A stretch of 64,000 nucleotides of DNA from an uncultured Clostridia bacterium (GTDB taxonomy: Bacteria > Bacillota > Clostridia > Christensenellales > UBA1242), in the NCBI GenBank assembly GCA_948434855.1, contig CAOJFR010000003.1:977-64976 (forward strand), read 5' to 3'. Both the position numbers and the translations under genes were made by a program. Numbering within the stretch: position 1 is the stretch's first letter; every line of letters begins with the position of its first letter. The notes under the pieces are model-generated. The model saw only the letters and a list, made by a program, of their open reading frames with translations, had not been told where the DNA came from and ran no database searches. This document shows positions 1-8,389 of the stretch, piece by piece.

Positions 1-1
1 T

Positions 2-1420
2 CAAAGTGTAAGTGGAGACATAACATTAAATTTAACCAGCAGTTCAGAGAAGAGCTGGGAGAAAGGCAACAGAATAGAATACTCAGTAGGAAACATTCCA
101 AGTGGAGTAATGGTAAGACGTGGAAATGAAACCCTAAACAGCGATTCAGTAATCTATTGGGGCGATGAACTAACCTTTACTTACACAGAAACTTCAACAA
201 GACTCACAGGAAACACAAAACAAGAGAGTGGCTATAACTGGTCAGAGAGGGAAACAATAAAAAGCACGTTATCTGTAAACGGAACAAACATGGCAAGTGG
301 TTATAGTATAAGTGTAACGGAAAATATAACATTAAATTTAAGCAGTTCTTCCACAAAGACATGGGAACAAGGAACAAAGATAGAGTATAGGTTAGGAGCA
401 GTTCCAAGTGGAGTAACAGTAAAAAGAAATGGAACAACACTATCTAGCAATAGCATAATTTATTGGGGAGATGAATTAACATTCACCTATTCAGAAAGCA
501 CAACAAGGTACACTGGCAACACAAAACAAGAAGCGGGTTATAATTATTCTGAAAAAGAGACAATAGCTAGAAGCTTAATTGTTAACGGAACAACAATGTC
601 TAATGGTTCAAAATACACAGCCTATGGCGATGTAACTTTAACATTAAATACCAACACAAATACCAGTTGGGAAAAGGGCACAAGAATAGAATATAGGTTA
701 GGAGCAATCCCAAGCGGAGTAACAGTAAAAAGAAATGGAACAACACTATCTAGCAACAGCACGATTTACTGGGGAGATAACTTAACATTCACCTACACAG
801 AATCATCAACTAGGCTCACAGGCAACACAAAACAAGAGTTAGGATATAACTACTTGGAGAGAGAAAATATCACAAACACACTTTCTGTTAATGATACAAT
901 ACAAAGAAGTGGTGGGAATATAATCGTTACAGAAAACATATCGTTAAGGCTAAATTCAGACTCAATCAAAACTTGGGAAAAGGGTTCAATAATAGAATAT
1001 AGCATTGGAATAATTCCAAGTGGAGTAACAGTAAAGAGAAGTGGAGCAACTCTTTCAAACCATGCAACAATATATTATGGAGATAGTTTAACTTTCACTT
1101 ACACGGATCCACAAACAAGTTACACGGGAAAAACAAAAGTAGAAGAAGGTTATAATTACAAAGAAAAACAAACAATAACCTATTCTTTAACTGCAAATCA
1201 GTCAAGTGTGTCATCTGGCGGAAGTTTCAGTGTAACGGGAGATGTAACATTAAACTTAACTTCATCAACAACCTCAGAATGGGAAAGGGGAAGTAGAGTT
1301 TCATATAGTGTAGGTAAAATCCCATCAGGCATAATTGTTTATAGAAATGGCGTAGCTTTAAGCGACTATGCAACAATATACTATGGAGAAGAATTATCTA
1401 TAGAATTTAAGTCAATGATT
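2..1420 (+). repeat. In-frame tandem coding repeat with an exact 306-bp (102-aa) period, 5 or more copies, continuing upstream of the window
   Basis: The anchor CCAAG(T/C)GGAGTAA recurs at 98, 404, 710 and 1016, and a diverged anchor CCATCAGGC sits at 1322. Every spacing is exactly 306 nt. Copies at ~404-470 and ~710-776 are almost identical at the nucleotide level. Confidence 0.9.
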
Positions 1421-1645
1421 TTGATAACTATTCAAAATCAAGAAGGTAGCAGCACTAGTTTTGCAACTCTAAAAATTAATGGTAAAGATGTAAATATTTT
1501 TTCAGCAGAACTAAATAGAACAGAAGAATCACGATATCCTGTAGATGGAAATGCAGCTACTAAGGTGAATTATTATGCTAACTATAAATTCACGGTAACT
1601 GAAAGCGTTTCAATTTCATATTCAATTGAAGATATTTGGCGTTAA
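2..1645 (+). CDS. Repeat-rich probable secreted/surface protein; N-terminus cut off by the window start
   Basis: The frame of the listed 110..1645 ORF stays open back to base 2 (QSVSGDITLNLTSSSEKSWEKGNRIEYSVGNIPSGVMVRRGNE...), so the listed Met is internal. At least 5 tandem 102-aa units share the blocks W(E)KG..IEY..G.IPSGV.VKR.G and IYWGD.LTFTY. A strong terminator follows the stop. Confidence 0.8.
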   Translation, partial: QSVSGDITLNLTSSSEKSWEKGNRIEYSVGNIPSGVMVRRGNETLNSDSVIYWGDELTFTYTETSTRLTGNTKQESGYNWSERETIKSTLSVNGTNMASGYSISVTENITLNLSSSSTKTWEQGTKIEYRLGAVPSGVTVKRNGTTLSSNSIIYWGDELTFTYSESTTRYTGNTKQEAGYNYSEKETIARSLIVNGTTMSNGSKYTAYGDVTLTLNTNTNTSWEKGTRIEYRLGAIPSGVTVKRNGTTLSSNSTIYWGDNLTFTYTESSTRLTGNTKQELGYNYLERENITNTLSVNDTIQRSGGNIIVTENISLRLNSDSIKTWEKGSIIEYSIGIIPSGVTVKRSGATLSNHATIYYGDSLTFTYTDPQTSYTGKTKVEEGYNYKEKQTITYSLTANQSSVSSGGSFSVTGDVTLNLTSSTTSEWERGSRVSYSVGKIPSGIIVYRNGVALSDYATIYYGEELSIEFKSMILITIQNQEGSSTSFATLKINGKDVNIFSAELNRTEESRYPVDGNAATKVNYYANYKFTVTESVSISYSIEDIWR

Positions 1646-1653
1646 TTTTATAC

Positions 1654-1686
1654 AAAAAAACACTGCTATTAGAGCAGTGTTTTTTA
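1654..1686. terminator. Bidirectional rho-independent terminator between convergent genes
   Basis: 9-bp perfect stem AACACTGCT / AGCAGTGTT (1659-1667 / 1673-1681) with a 5-nt loop. An A-run lies upstream and a T-run downstream. Confidence 0.85.
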
Positions 1687-1690
1687 ATTA

Positions 1691-1951
1691 TTAATGCTTT
1701 TCTTTATATTCTTTAAGTGCCTTTGCAAGCTGGTCTGGACAAGACGTGCCATTTCTACACTGAATGCCTTCAAGAATAGAAATCACTTCATCGACACTTC
1801 TGCCAATGCAAAGTTTTGCAACGCCCTGAGTGTTTCCCATGCAGCCCCCATTAAAGTTTACTGCAGTAACAATGTTGTTCTTAACTTCAAAGTCAATGCT
1901 TCTTGAGCAGGTTCCAAAAGTTTTATAAGTTTCCATATTATTCTCCTTCAA
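1691..1951 (-). CDS. TSCPD-domain small protein (TIGR03905-like)
   Basis: 86 aa with the literal TSCPD motif (NGTSCPDQLAKAL) and a GGCMGN block, typical of this small clostridial family. Confidence 0.75.
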   Translation of the reverse strand: MKENNMETYKTFGTCSRSIDFEVKNNIVTAVNFNGGCMGNTQGVAKLCIGRSVDEVISILEGIQCRNGTSCPDQLAKALKEYKEKH

Positions 1952-2456
1952 TTAAAATTTTATAAATTGCCGAATAAACAGAACTTGCTTCACTGTTCCA
2001 TTTGTTAAAAACAGTTTTAGCCTCTGCACGATTCGCAACATTTAACTTAAGTTCAAGTTTAGATCCAGTTGGATCAATAATTTTCAGATTCACAGTATAT
2101 GTTTCATCTTTGTTTTTATAATAATCTCTAAAATATTCTTGATTTCTCTTATATGATTGGCGATTTTTCTTAATATAGCTGCTAATATCATTTCTGGTTG
2201 ACACAGGCACTTTTGTAAAAAAATAGTTTAAACAATCTCTGCCTTCTTGAGTAATTTTATAATATCCAGTTCCTGAACCGCTGCACAGCACAATAAACCC
2301 CGCATCAACAAGCTCTGGCAAAATCTGTGTTAAGGTCATATAAGAAAGCCAGTTGTTTTGACTGCAACACATTTCAATCAAAGTGTCGCTTGTCACGGGG
2401 ATTTCCATTTGGTCAAAAACATATAACAGAATAAGTTTGCTTACTGTTGTATCCAT
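1938..2456 (-). CDS. DUF4364-like putative transcriptional regulator
   Basis: The N-terminus (KLILLYVFDQMEIPVTSDTLIEM...ILPELVDAGFI...YYKITQEGRDCL) resembles the winged-helix DUF4364 family of Clostridia. The first ATG is at 2456; the ORF-track start at 2465 is TTG. The gene overlaps the downstream TSCPD gene by 14 nt. Confidence 0.55.
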   Translation of the reverse strand: MDTTVSKLILLYVFDQMEIPVTSDTLIEMCCSQNNWLSYMTLTQILPELVDAGFIVLCSGSGTGYYKITQEGRDCLNYFFTKVPVSTRNDISSYIKKNRQSYKRNQEYFRDYYKNKDETYTVNLKIIDPTGSKLELKLNVANRAEAKTVFNKWNSEASSVYSAIYKILIEGE

Positions 2457-2597
2457 AATAAGCAAAGTATATCATAAACTAAAAAAAAAATAAATAGTTT
2501 ATACTGATTTTTGGCAAATTTTAAATTTTTAGCGAATAAACCCTAAACAAGTTGAAAACTAAACTTAATTTTGATATATTAATAATAGGTAAGTATT

Positions 2598-3323
2598 ATG
2601 GAAAAAGATTTAAATAATAATTTAAATGAATTTATATATAGCATTGACAATCTTTGCTCGTCAAAGTTTTTAATGCTAAACTCGTCTGTTTCAGCTTTGC
2701 TTCAGGCTATTGCAAACACAGAATGTGTTTATAATGTTATAGCAGAGAGCATGGTTAATTTTGATTTTGAAAATGAATGGAAAACCGCTGCAACCGAAAA
2801 TTCACTTATTCTCCCTCAAGAAAGTTTAAAAAAAATAGCTTTCATATTTTGCATATTGTCTAATATTGATGATAAAAATTTAGACATAGTTGCATTGCTT
2901 AAGCACTATTTTTCAGACGATGAAGTCATAACGCCTTATGAGCGTTTTTGCAAGAAAATTATTTTAGAGTTTAAAGATGAAATTTTAAATCAACTTGGAA
3001 TGTCATATAACAGCGAACAAGCTGAAGATATTGCAGAGAAGAGTGAACAGGATATTACAGAAGTTTATCAACTCTTATATAATGCTGTTAGACTATTAAA
3101 TGATAAAGTGATGAATGCAAATAAAATTAGGCTTGTGGGGCTTTCAAGAGAAGACCTTGTTGCAATAATTTCAAGCTATGAACTTGCAATCAGAAATAAT
3201 CACTCAGAATATTTTTATGCTTTTGCCACCACAATAAAAAGTGCAACACGCAAGGCGAGAGATTTAAAAAAGATTGTAGGTGATATAAATATGTATTCAA
3301 CAATAATCATTAAAAGAGGTTAA
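2598..3323 (+). CDS. Hypothetical protein (241 aa)
   Basis: Long ORF in AT-rich DNA with no recognisable motif. It is followed 2 nt later by the next ORF. Confidence 0.6.
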   Translation: MEKDLNNNLNEFIYSIDNLCSSKFLMLNSSVSALLQAIANTECVYNVIAESMVNFDFENEWKTAATENSLILPQESLKKIAFIFCILSNIDDKNLDIVALLKHYFSDDEVITPYERFCKKIILEFKDEILNQLGMSYNSEQAEDIAEKSEQDITEVYQLLYNAVRLLNDKVMNANKIRLVGLSREDLVAIISSYELAIRNNHSEYFYAFATTIKSATRKARDLKKIVGDINMYSTIIIKRG

Positions 3324-3325
3324 TT

Positions 3326-3721
3326 ATGATTGATTTAGAGCAATTTAAAGAGCTTGATCCGATTGAAGTTTCAGATGAGAAAATGAAATATTTTTCTGAA
3401 GAGCTTTTAAAAATGCATGATGAGTTAACAGATGCTTGGGCAGAAGAGCTTAAAACACTTGAAACGGAAGAATTTGACCCATACTCTTTTTTTGGTGAAA
3501 GAAAAATAAAAAAGCTTGCAAAAAAGCATGCTCCAAAAATTGCGGAAGTTGATATGCTTTTGGATGTTATTGATGATGAAATGCAAAAAAGAGAAAAGTT
3601 TAAGGATGAACAGCGATATGTTGATGGCGGAAATATAACCACATCTGAGCTTAGCGGAGAAGAGTTTTTGAAGGAAGAACAGAAAAAAACTGAAAGAATC
3701 CGCCGCAAATATGAAGATTAA
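3326..3721 (+). CDS. Hypothetical acidic, helical protein (131 aa)
   Basis: ORF immediately after 2598..3323, E/K/D-rich, with no recognisable motif. Confidence 0.55.
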   Translation: MIDLEQFKELDPIEVSDEKMKYFSEELLKMHDELTDAWAEELKTLETEEFDPYSFFGERKIKKLAKKHAPKIAEVDMLLDVIDDEMQKREKFKDEQRYVDGGNITTSELSGEEFLKEEQKKTERIRRKYED

Positions 3722-3748
3722 AAAACTGAAATAAATTTTAATTAAGTA

Positions 3749-3777
3749 GTTGCAAAATGGTGTTAGCTATGATATAA
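3749..3777 (+). promoter_or_regulatory. Near-consensus sigma-70/SigA promoter for the tRNA gene
   Basis: TTGCAA (3749-3754), 17-nt spacer, TATAAT (3772-3777), with an extended -10 TG (TGATATAAT). It lies ~19 nt upstream of the mature tRNA 5' end. Confidence 0.7.
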
Positions 3778-3795
3778 TCATTATGTTAAAAATAT

Positions 3796-3870
3796 GGCAT
3801 CATAGTCTAGCGGTTAGGACGCCCGCCTCTCACGCGGGAAACCGGAGTTCGATTCTCCGTGGTGCTACCA
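3796..3870 (+). tRNA. tRNA-Glu (anticodon CUC), CCA encoded
   Basis: Manual cloverleaf fold. Acceptor GGCATCA/TGGTGCT (two G-U pairs), D arm GTCT-AGCGGTTA-GGAC, anticodon stem CCCGC/GCGGG with loop CT-CTC-AC, variable loop AAAC, T arm CGGAG-TTCGATT-CTCCG, discriminator A, then CCA. Total 75 nt. Confidence 0.9.
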
Positions 3871-3934
3871 AAAAAAAGCTCGTAAAGGAGTCGCAAAATA
3901 AAACCAGCAATCTTCGCTGGTTTTTTATTTTTCT
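3850..3934 (+). repeat. Direct repeat copy A (tRNA-Glu 3' end plus downstream terminator)
   Basis: CGATTCTCCGTGGTGCTACCA (3850-3870) plus the next ~64 nt recur at 4033-4115 with only a few mismatches. Confidence 0.9.
3901..3932 (+). terminator. Rho-independent terminator after tRNA-Glu
   Basis: Stem AAACCAGC / GCTGGTTT with the 7-nt loop AATCTTC, followed by TTTTATTTTT. Confidence 0.8.
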
Positions 3935-4032
3935 CCTCAATGCCTCGCTTTTAAAATAGCATCAACTGCGAAGAGAAACATTTGTGACGCTCGCAAAAAT
4001 TTGTGCTCGCTATTCCGTCGCAAAGCTCCTTA

Positions 4033-4115
4033 CGATTCTCCGTGGTGCTACCAGAAAAAGCTCATAAAAAAGTCGCAAAATAAAACCAGCAATCTTCGCT
4101 GGTTTTTTATTTTTA
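4033..4115 (+). repeat. Direct repeat copy B: orphan tRNA 3'-end fragment (21 nt) plus a second copy of the terminator
   Basis: CGATTCTCCGTGGTGCTACCA at 4033-4053, then GAAAAAGCTCATAAAAAAGTCGCAAAATAAAACCAGCAATCTTCGCTGGTTTTTTATTTTT. No tRNA body precedes this copy. Confidence 0.9.
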
Positions 4116-4259
4116 CTAAAAACCAAAGCTAAAATGTTATCATTTTCAAATTATAAAAAGTTAAATCTAATAAATAATTTTATTATGAAATCAATTTTGC
4201 CTATGCTATAATTAGATTATAATAAAACTTTAGGCAAATAATTAAAATGAGAGAGAAAT

Positions 4260-4928
4260 ATGGTTGAGTCAAAAGAATGGAATTGGAAAATTGTTAGAGG
4301 AAAAGAGAAAAAGAAATGGTTGTCTCCATCAGTTGAGTCATATTATTTAATTGACAGGTGGAAATCTCAGGGCAAGAAAATATACTTAGACCTTGGTTGT
4401 GGACTCGGCAGACACACAATTATGTTTGCTAAGCATGGATTTAAAACTCTTGCGTTTGACCTGAGCGAAGTTTCAATAGAAAAGACAAAAGCCTATGCAG
4501 CAGAAGAGAGGGTTAAGGTTGAGTTTGCCCTTGGAGATATGCTTGCATTGCCTTATAAAGATGAAAGTATTGACTGCATCTATGCAAAAGATGTTGTTTC
4601 TCACACAGACACAGAAGGCGTGAAAAAAATTATCAGTGAGCTTTTTAGAATACTCAAAAAGGGCGGAGAATTATATCTCACATTGTGTTCAAGGGAAACT
4701 TGGTGTTTTGCTCAAACAGACTGGCCTCTTATAGACGAAAACACAAAACTAAAAATGCAAGAAGGTCCAGAATATCAGGTTCCACATTTTTATGTTGATT
4801 ATGAATTAATAAAGCGACTATTTTCTGAGTTTGAAATCATTGAAGTTAGTCAAATTGAAGAGTTTACAGAAAATAATAAGAGCTTATACACTTCAAAAAA
4901 ATATCATGTTTTGGTTAAAAAAACTTAG
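4260..4928 (+). CDS. Class I SAM-dependent methyltransferase
   Basis: SAM-binding motif I YLDLGCGLGRH, an acidic post-I residue (AFDLS) and the GDM...LPY block. RBS GAGAGAG upstream. Confidence 0.8.
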   Translation: MVESKEWNWKIVRGKEKKKWLSPSVESYYLIDRWKSQGKKIYLDLGCGLGRHTIMFAKHGFKTLAFDLSEVSIEKTKAYAAEERVKVEFALGDMLALPYKDESIDCIYAKDVVSHTDTEGVKKIISELFRILKKGGELYLTLCSRETWCFAQTDWPLIDENTKLKMQEGPEYQVPHFYVDYELIKRLFSEFEIIEVSQIEEFTENNKSLYTSKKYHVLVKKT

Positions 4929-4937
4929 GAGAAAAAA

Positions 4938-5438
4938 ATGGAAGGCATTTATAAAGAAAGCTTAAAAAAACAAGATACTAAGGGCAAATATATATTTTGG
5001 GATATAGATGGAACACTTGCTGCATATAGATATAATGGTCATGTTGGAGATCCTGATGGAACCAATAATGGTATGAGTTTATCTGAAATAAATCAGGGCA
5101 TATTTTTAAATAGAAAACCATCTCGCTTTATGCAAAATGTTGTTAAAACTGCGGGTGCAAAACAAAACATTATCATGAGCCATGCTCAAAACGATAGAGA
5201 AATTAAAGATAAAACGCTGTGGGTTGAAAGGCATTATCCAATGATGTCAGAAAAATTAATAACTTATGAAAATATTCCAAAATATGAAACTATTATAAAA
5301 TTCTGCAATGAAAATAAAATAGATTTAAAAGATGTTATTTTTGTTGATGATGTGCTTCGCATCTTAAGAGAGACCGAAAGACATGGCATTCCGTCATATC
5401 ATATTTCAAGTTTTCTAGATTGGGAATATGAAGATTAA
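4938..5438 (+). CDS. HAD-superfamily hydrolase (small 5'-nucleotidase-like)
   Basis: HAD motif I FWDIDGTLA near the N-terminus and a late FVDD motif. RBS AGGAGAAAAAA-ATG. Substrate unknown. Confidence 0.55.
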   Translation: MEGIYKESLKKQDTKGKYIFWDIDGTLAAYRYNGHVGDPDGTNNGMSLSEINQGIFLNRKPSRFMQNVVKTAGAKQNIIMSHAQNDREIKDKTLWVERHYPMMSEKLITYENIPKYETIIKFCNENKIDLKDVIFVDDVLRILRETERHGIPSYHISSFLDWEYED

Positions 5439-5467
5439 ACTAAAATAAAACTAAATTTATGCAATTT

Positions 5468-5496
5468 AAAACACCACTAAATTAGTGGTGTTTTTT
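5468..5496. terminator. Bidirectional terminator between convergent genes
   Basis: 10-bp perfect stem AACACCACTA / TAGTGGTGTT with a 3-nt loop, flanked by an A-run and a T-run. It overlaps the stop codon of the minus-strand gene. Confidence 0.8.
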
Positions 5497-5926
5497 AAAT
5501 AAGCGTAAATGCCCAGCCAATTATTGGGCCAACAAATATTGCAATATAAATAAAGGTTAACCAAGGTTGATAATCAACATAAAATTCTTTAAAACTAAGG
5601 CTCCAAGGATGCTTAATTAAAACCCAGCCAACAAGGTCAAACACAATGCAAATGCCTGCCCAGATTCCACCAGTGATAAGTGCTTCAGAGATAGTTGGGT
5701 TTGCCAAACCTCTCATATAAAGCCAACCAAAAAGAGAGAATAAAATAATGTTATATAGTGGGTGCCAAGGCTTTGTTTTTTCATATCCTTCGCCCATACC
5801 AGGACCTTCTTTCATAGATTTCATGTGCAAAGCAACAATGTTAAAAATAGTGTGCAGCATTCCAATTAGCGTAACAATAATATAGCTCACCCAAAACCAA
5901 AGCATACTCATTCCAAAATTTTGCAT
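5495..5926 (-). CDS. Small integral membrane protein (143 aa, ~4 TM)
   Basis: I place the start at the ATG at 5926, which is preceded by TAAGGAGAATTTTT. The longer ORF-track version (to 6049) has no RBS and runs into the start of the divergent gene. The sequence is hydrophobic throughout. Confidence 0.65.
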   Translation of the reverse strand: MQNFGMSMLWFWVSYIIVTLIGMLHTIFNIVALHMKSMKEGPGMGEGYEKTKPWHPLYNIILFSLFGWLYMRGLANPTISEALITGGIWAGICIVFDLVGWVLIKHPWSLSFKEFYVDYQPWLTFIYIAIFVGPIIGWAFTLI

Positions 5927-6029
5927 AAAAATTCTCCTTACAAAACAATTATATTTTGTTAAAAATGCTAAGTCAACTATAAGATATAAAATTATTTTTA
6001 TTTTCAAAACTTTGTGATATAATTGGCTT

Positions 6030-7289
6030 ATGAAAAAATTAAAAGTCATATCTTACTTTTTTGGTTCACTCATAATTTCTTATGGTCTTGGTATAATCTT
6101 TCATGATAAATATTTAATTGGTTCAACAACTTTGTTTTTGGGTTTTATTCAAACAGGACTAATGACAAAGGGAAAGTGGTATGAAGAGTTTGCTGGGCTA
6201 TTAGAAACAATTTCAAGTGCAATAGTTTGTATTTTGGCAGGGCTTTATGGAAGTGCAATTTTCTCTGGATTAATTCTAGTTCCTGCAGCAATATTTAGCA
6301 TGATTAACTGGAAAAAACATGATGCAGATAAAGATGGCATTGTAGACCTTAACAAAATGACATTAAAAAAATCGGTGCTTATTGTAATTTCAATTTTAGC
6401 TTCATCGGCACTTGTTTCATTTTTAATCTCACTCATTCCAGGGCAAAATCTTCCAGTGCTAGATAGTGTAACAAACATCTTAAATGTTGCAGGAATAGTT
6501 TTGATTGGTCTAAGATATAAAGAGGGCTGGATATTTTGGCTAATTTGCAATTTGGTTGAACTATCCATGTGGATAACCTTGCTTTCAAAAGGATATTTTG
6601 GAAACACAATAATGATGATAATAACCTCAGTAATATATTTTGCATTAAACCTTTGGGGCTTTGTTTCATTCATAAAAATGAGAAAACAGCAGGAGAATAA
6701 AATGATAAAATTAAGGCATAGCAAAAATCAAAAAATTGAAACTGAAAGGCTAATTTTAAGAGAATGGAAAATGTCAGACCTAACTGACCTTGTTGAAGGC
6801 TTAAATAATTTTGAAACTGCAAAAAATTTAACTGTTCCATTTCCTTATTCAAAAAAGGATGGCAAAGATTTTTTAAAAAAGCATAAGGCTAATGGAGGGG
6901 GAAAATACTATTTTGCAATAGTTTTAAAAGAAACTGGAAAGGTAATTGGCGGAACAAATATATCTGTTTGTGCAGAAGATTCAACAGTTGCTGGTGGCGG
7001 AATTTGGTTAAATGAAAAAAATACTGGCAAAGGGCTTGGAACGGAGGCATGGGTTGCAAGGGCAAATTTTGGTTTTACAGATTTAAATTTATCAGTGCTT
7101 AGCCAAGGCTTTTATGAATTTAATGAAAGATCAAAACATATGCAGCTTAAAGTTGGTGGAAAAATTACTGGAGAAAAAATGCTATATTGTCCAGCACTAA
7201 AGTGTGAAGTTAAGGAAATCTTGTGTGATTTAAAAAAAGAAGATTTTTATAAATATTTAAAAATGCATAAAACAAAAGCAAATAATTAA
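6030..7289 (+). CDS. pnuC: PnuC-type nicotinamide riboside transporter fused in frame to a GNAT (RimJ/RimL-like) N-acetyltransferase
   Basis: Residues ~1-220 are polytopic, with PnuC-like blocks (GFIQTGLMTKGKWY, MINWKK, RYKEGWIFWLICNLVELSMWI). Residues ~230-419 start with ETERLILREW and look like a GNAT. No stop codon separates the two parts. Confidence 0.65.
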   Translation: MKKLKVISYFFGSLIISYGLGIIFHDKYLIGSTTLFLGFIQTGLMTKGKWYEEFAGLLETISSAIVCILAGLYGSAIFSGLILVPAAIFSMINWKKHDADKDGIVDLNKMTLKKSVLIVISILASSALVSFLISLIPGQNLPVLDSVTNILNVAGIVLIGLRYKEGWIFWLICNLVELSMWITLLSKGYFGNTIMMIITSVIYFALNLWGFVSFIKMRKQQENKMIKLRHSKNQKIETERLILREWKMSDLTDLVEGLNNFETAKNLTVPFPYSKKDGKDFLKKHKANGGGKYYFAIVLKETGKVIGGTNISVCAEDSTVAGGGIWLNEKNTGKGLGTEAWVARANFGFTDLNLSVLSQGFYEFNERSKHMQLKVGGKITGEKMLYCPALKCEVKEILCDLKKEDFYKYLKMHKTKANN

Positions 7290-7386
7290 AAAATTGCAAT
7301 TTATATAAAGTTATTTTAAAAAAATAATGAAAAACATTTTTTAATATGCTATAATATTATTATAGTAATAAAATTAGGAGAAAAAG

Positions 7387-8325
7387 ATGACAGTTAAGTG
7401 GCCTTTTATTTTAACTTTTGGATCATGTGGTTGGGACAGGATATTTTACAAAAATAGTGATGGAACAAAAGAGTTTGTTTATGAAGAAGAGGGAAGAAAG
7501 AATAGTCATCAGGCACTTGCCGCAAAGCGTGCTGGTGCAAAGTCTATTCTTGTAAGCTTTGTGGGTGATGACGAAATTGGAAGCAAGTGTTTAGAAAGTT
7601 TAAAATCCTGTGGAATAGAAACACAATATGTTAATGTTGTAAGAGGAAAAGAAACAGAAATTAATATTCAATATATTGATAGAGAAACAAAAGATTATAC
7701 TCTGGAAAGGGGCCCAGCTGAGCTTTCTCAAAACTATGATGCAAGCATGGTTCAAGAATATAAGGACTTAATTTTAAAGGCAGACTTTGTTATTCTGGTT
7801 TCAAAGCAGCCAAAAGACTTTTTAACTGAAATGATAAATTTTTGCTATAATCATAAAATTCCAACATCGCTTACAATTTCACATAAAAAATTTGATATTA
7901 AAAATTCTGAAGATTTTGATACCCTAAAAAAGTGCACTGTCATTGCAGGAAATACAGAAGAAGGCGAACTTTTAACGGGTTTATGCGAACCGGATGAAAT
8001 GCTAAAAATCTTGCCAAACCTAGTCATCACAAAAGGTGCAGAGGGCGTTTGGTTTTCAGATGAAACAGGAAAGGTTTGCCATGAGATGGCTGTAAAAACA
8101 GATAATGTTGTTGAAACAAATGGTGCAGGAGACACATTTATTGGAAATTTAGTTGTGTTTATGTCAGAGAAGCAAAATTCAGTTAAAGAAAATATCAAAA
8201 AAGCCATGTGTGCTTCTTCGCTTGAAATTCAGAAGATGGGAGTACTAAGTGCAATTCCAGAAAGAGAGCAAACAGAAGCGCTTTATGAAAGTTATTATAA
8301 TTTAAATAATTTTAAACAGTCATAA
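7387..8325 (+). CDS. PfkB-family sugar/nucleoside kinase (ribokinase-like)
   Basis: C-terminal signature ETNGAGDTFIGNL and the N-terminal GS.G.D block. RBS AGGAGAAAAAG. Confidence 0.8.
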   Translation: MTVKWPFILTFGSCGWDRIFYKNSDGTKEFVYEEEGRKNSHQALAAKRAGAKSILVSFVGDDEIGSKCLESLKSCGIETQYVNVVRGKETEINIQYIDRETKDYTLERGPAELSQNYDASMVQEYKDLILKADFVILVSKQPKDFLTEMINFCYNHKIPTSLTISHKKFDIKNSEDFDTLKKCTVIAGNTEEGELLTGLCEPDEMLKILPNLVITKGAEGVWFSDETGKVCHEMAVKTDNVVETNGAGDTFIGNLVVFMSEKQNSVKENIKKAMCASSLEIQKMGVLSAIPEREQTEALYESYYNLNNFKQS

Positions 8326-8389
8326 CATGGCTGTTTTTAATTTATTTGTTATGAATTTTAAGCTCACTATGCTATACTAAAGTTGTATT

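Noticed and set aside
2-1420. Regular repeat array considered as a possible CRISPR or satellite
   Set aside because: The 306-bp period is a multiple of 3, the array is in frame in one long ORF, and the units have diverged. There is no short repeat/spacer structure, so this is a protein domain array.
3750-3959. 69-aa plus-strand ORF from the ORF track
   Set aside because: It runs straight through the tRNA-Glu gene and its terminator and has no RBS. It is an artefact of ORF calling over an RNA gene.
5927-6049. N-terminal 41-codon extension of the minus-strand membrane protein (the 184-aa ORF-track version)
   Set aside because: The extension has no RBS and overlaps the start of the divergent pnuC-GNAT gene. 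The internal ATG at 5926 has a perfect TAAGGAG RBS.
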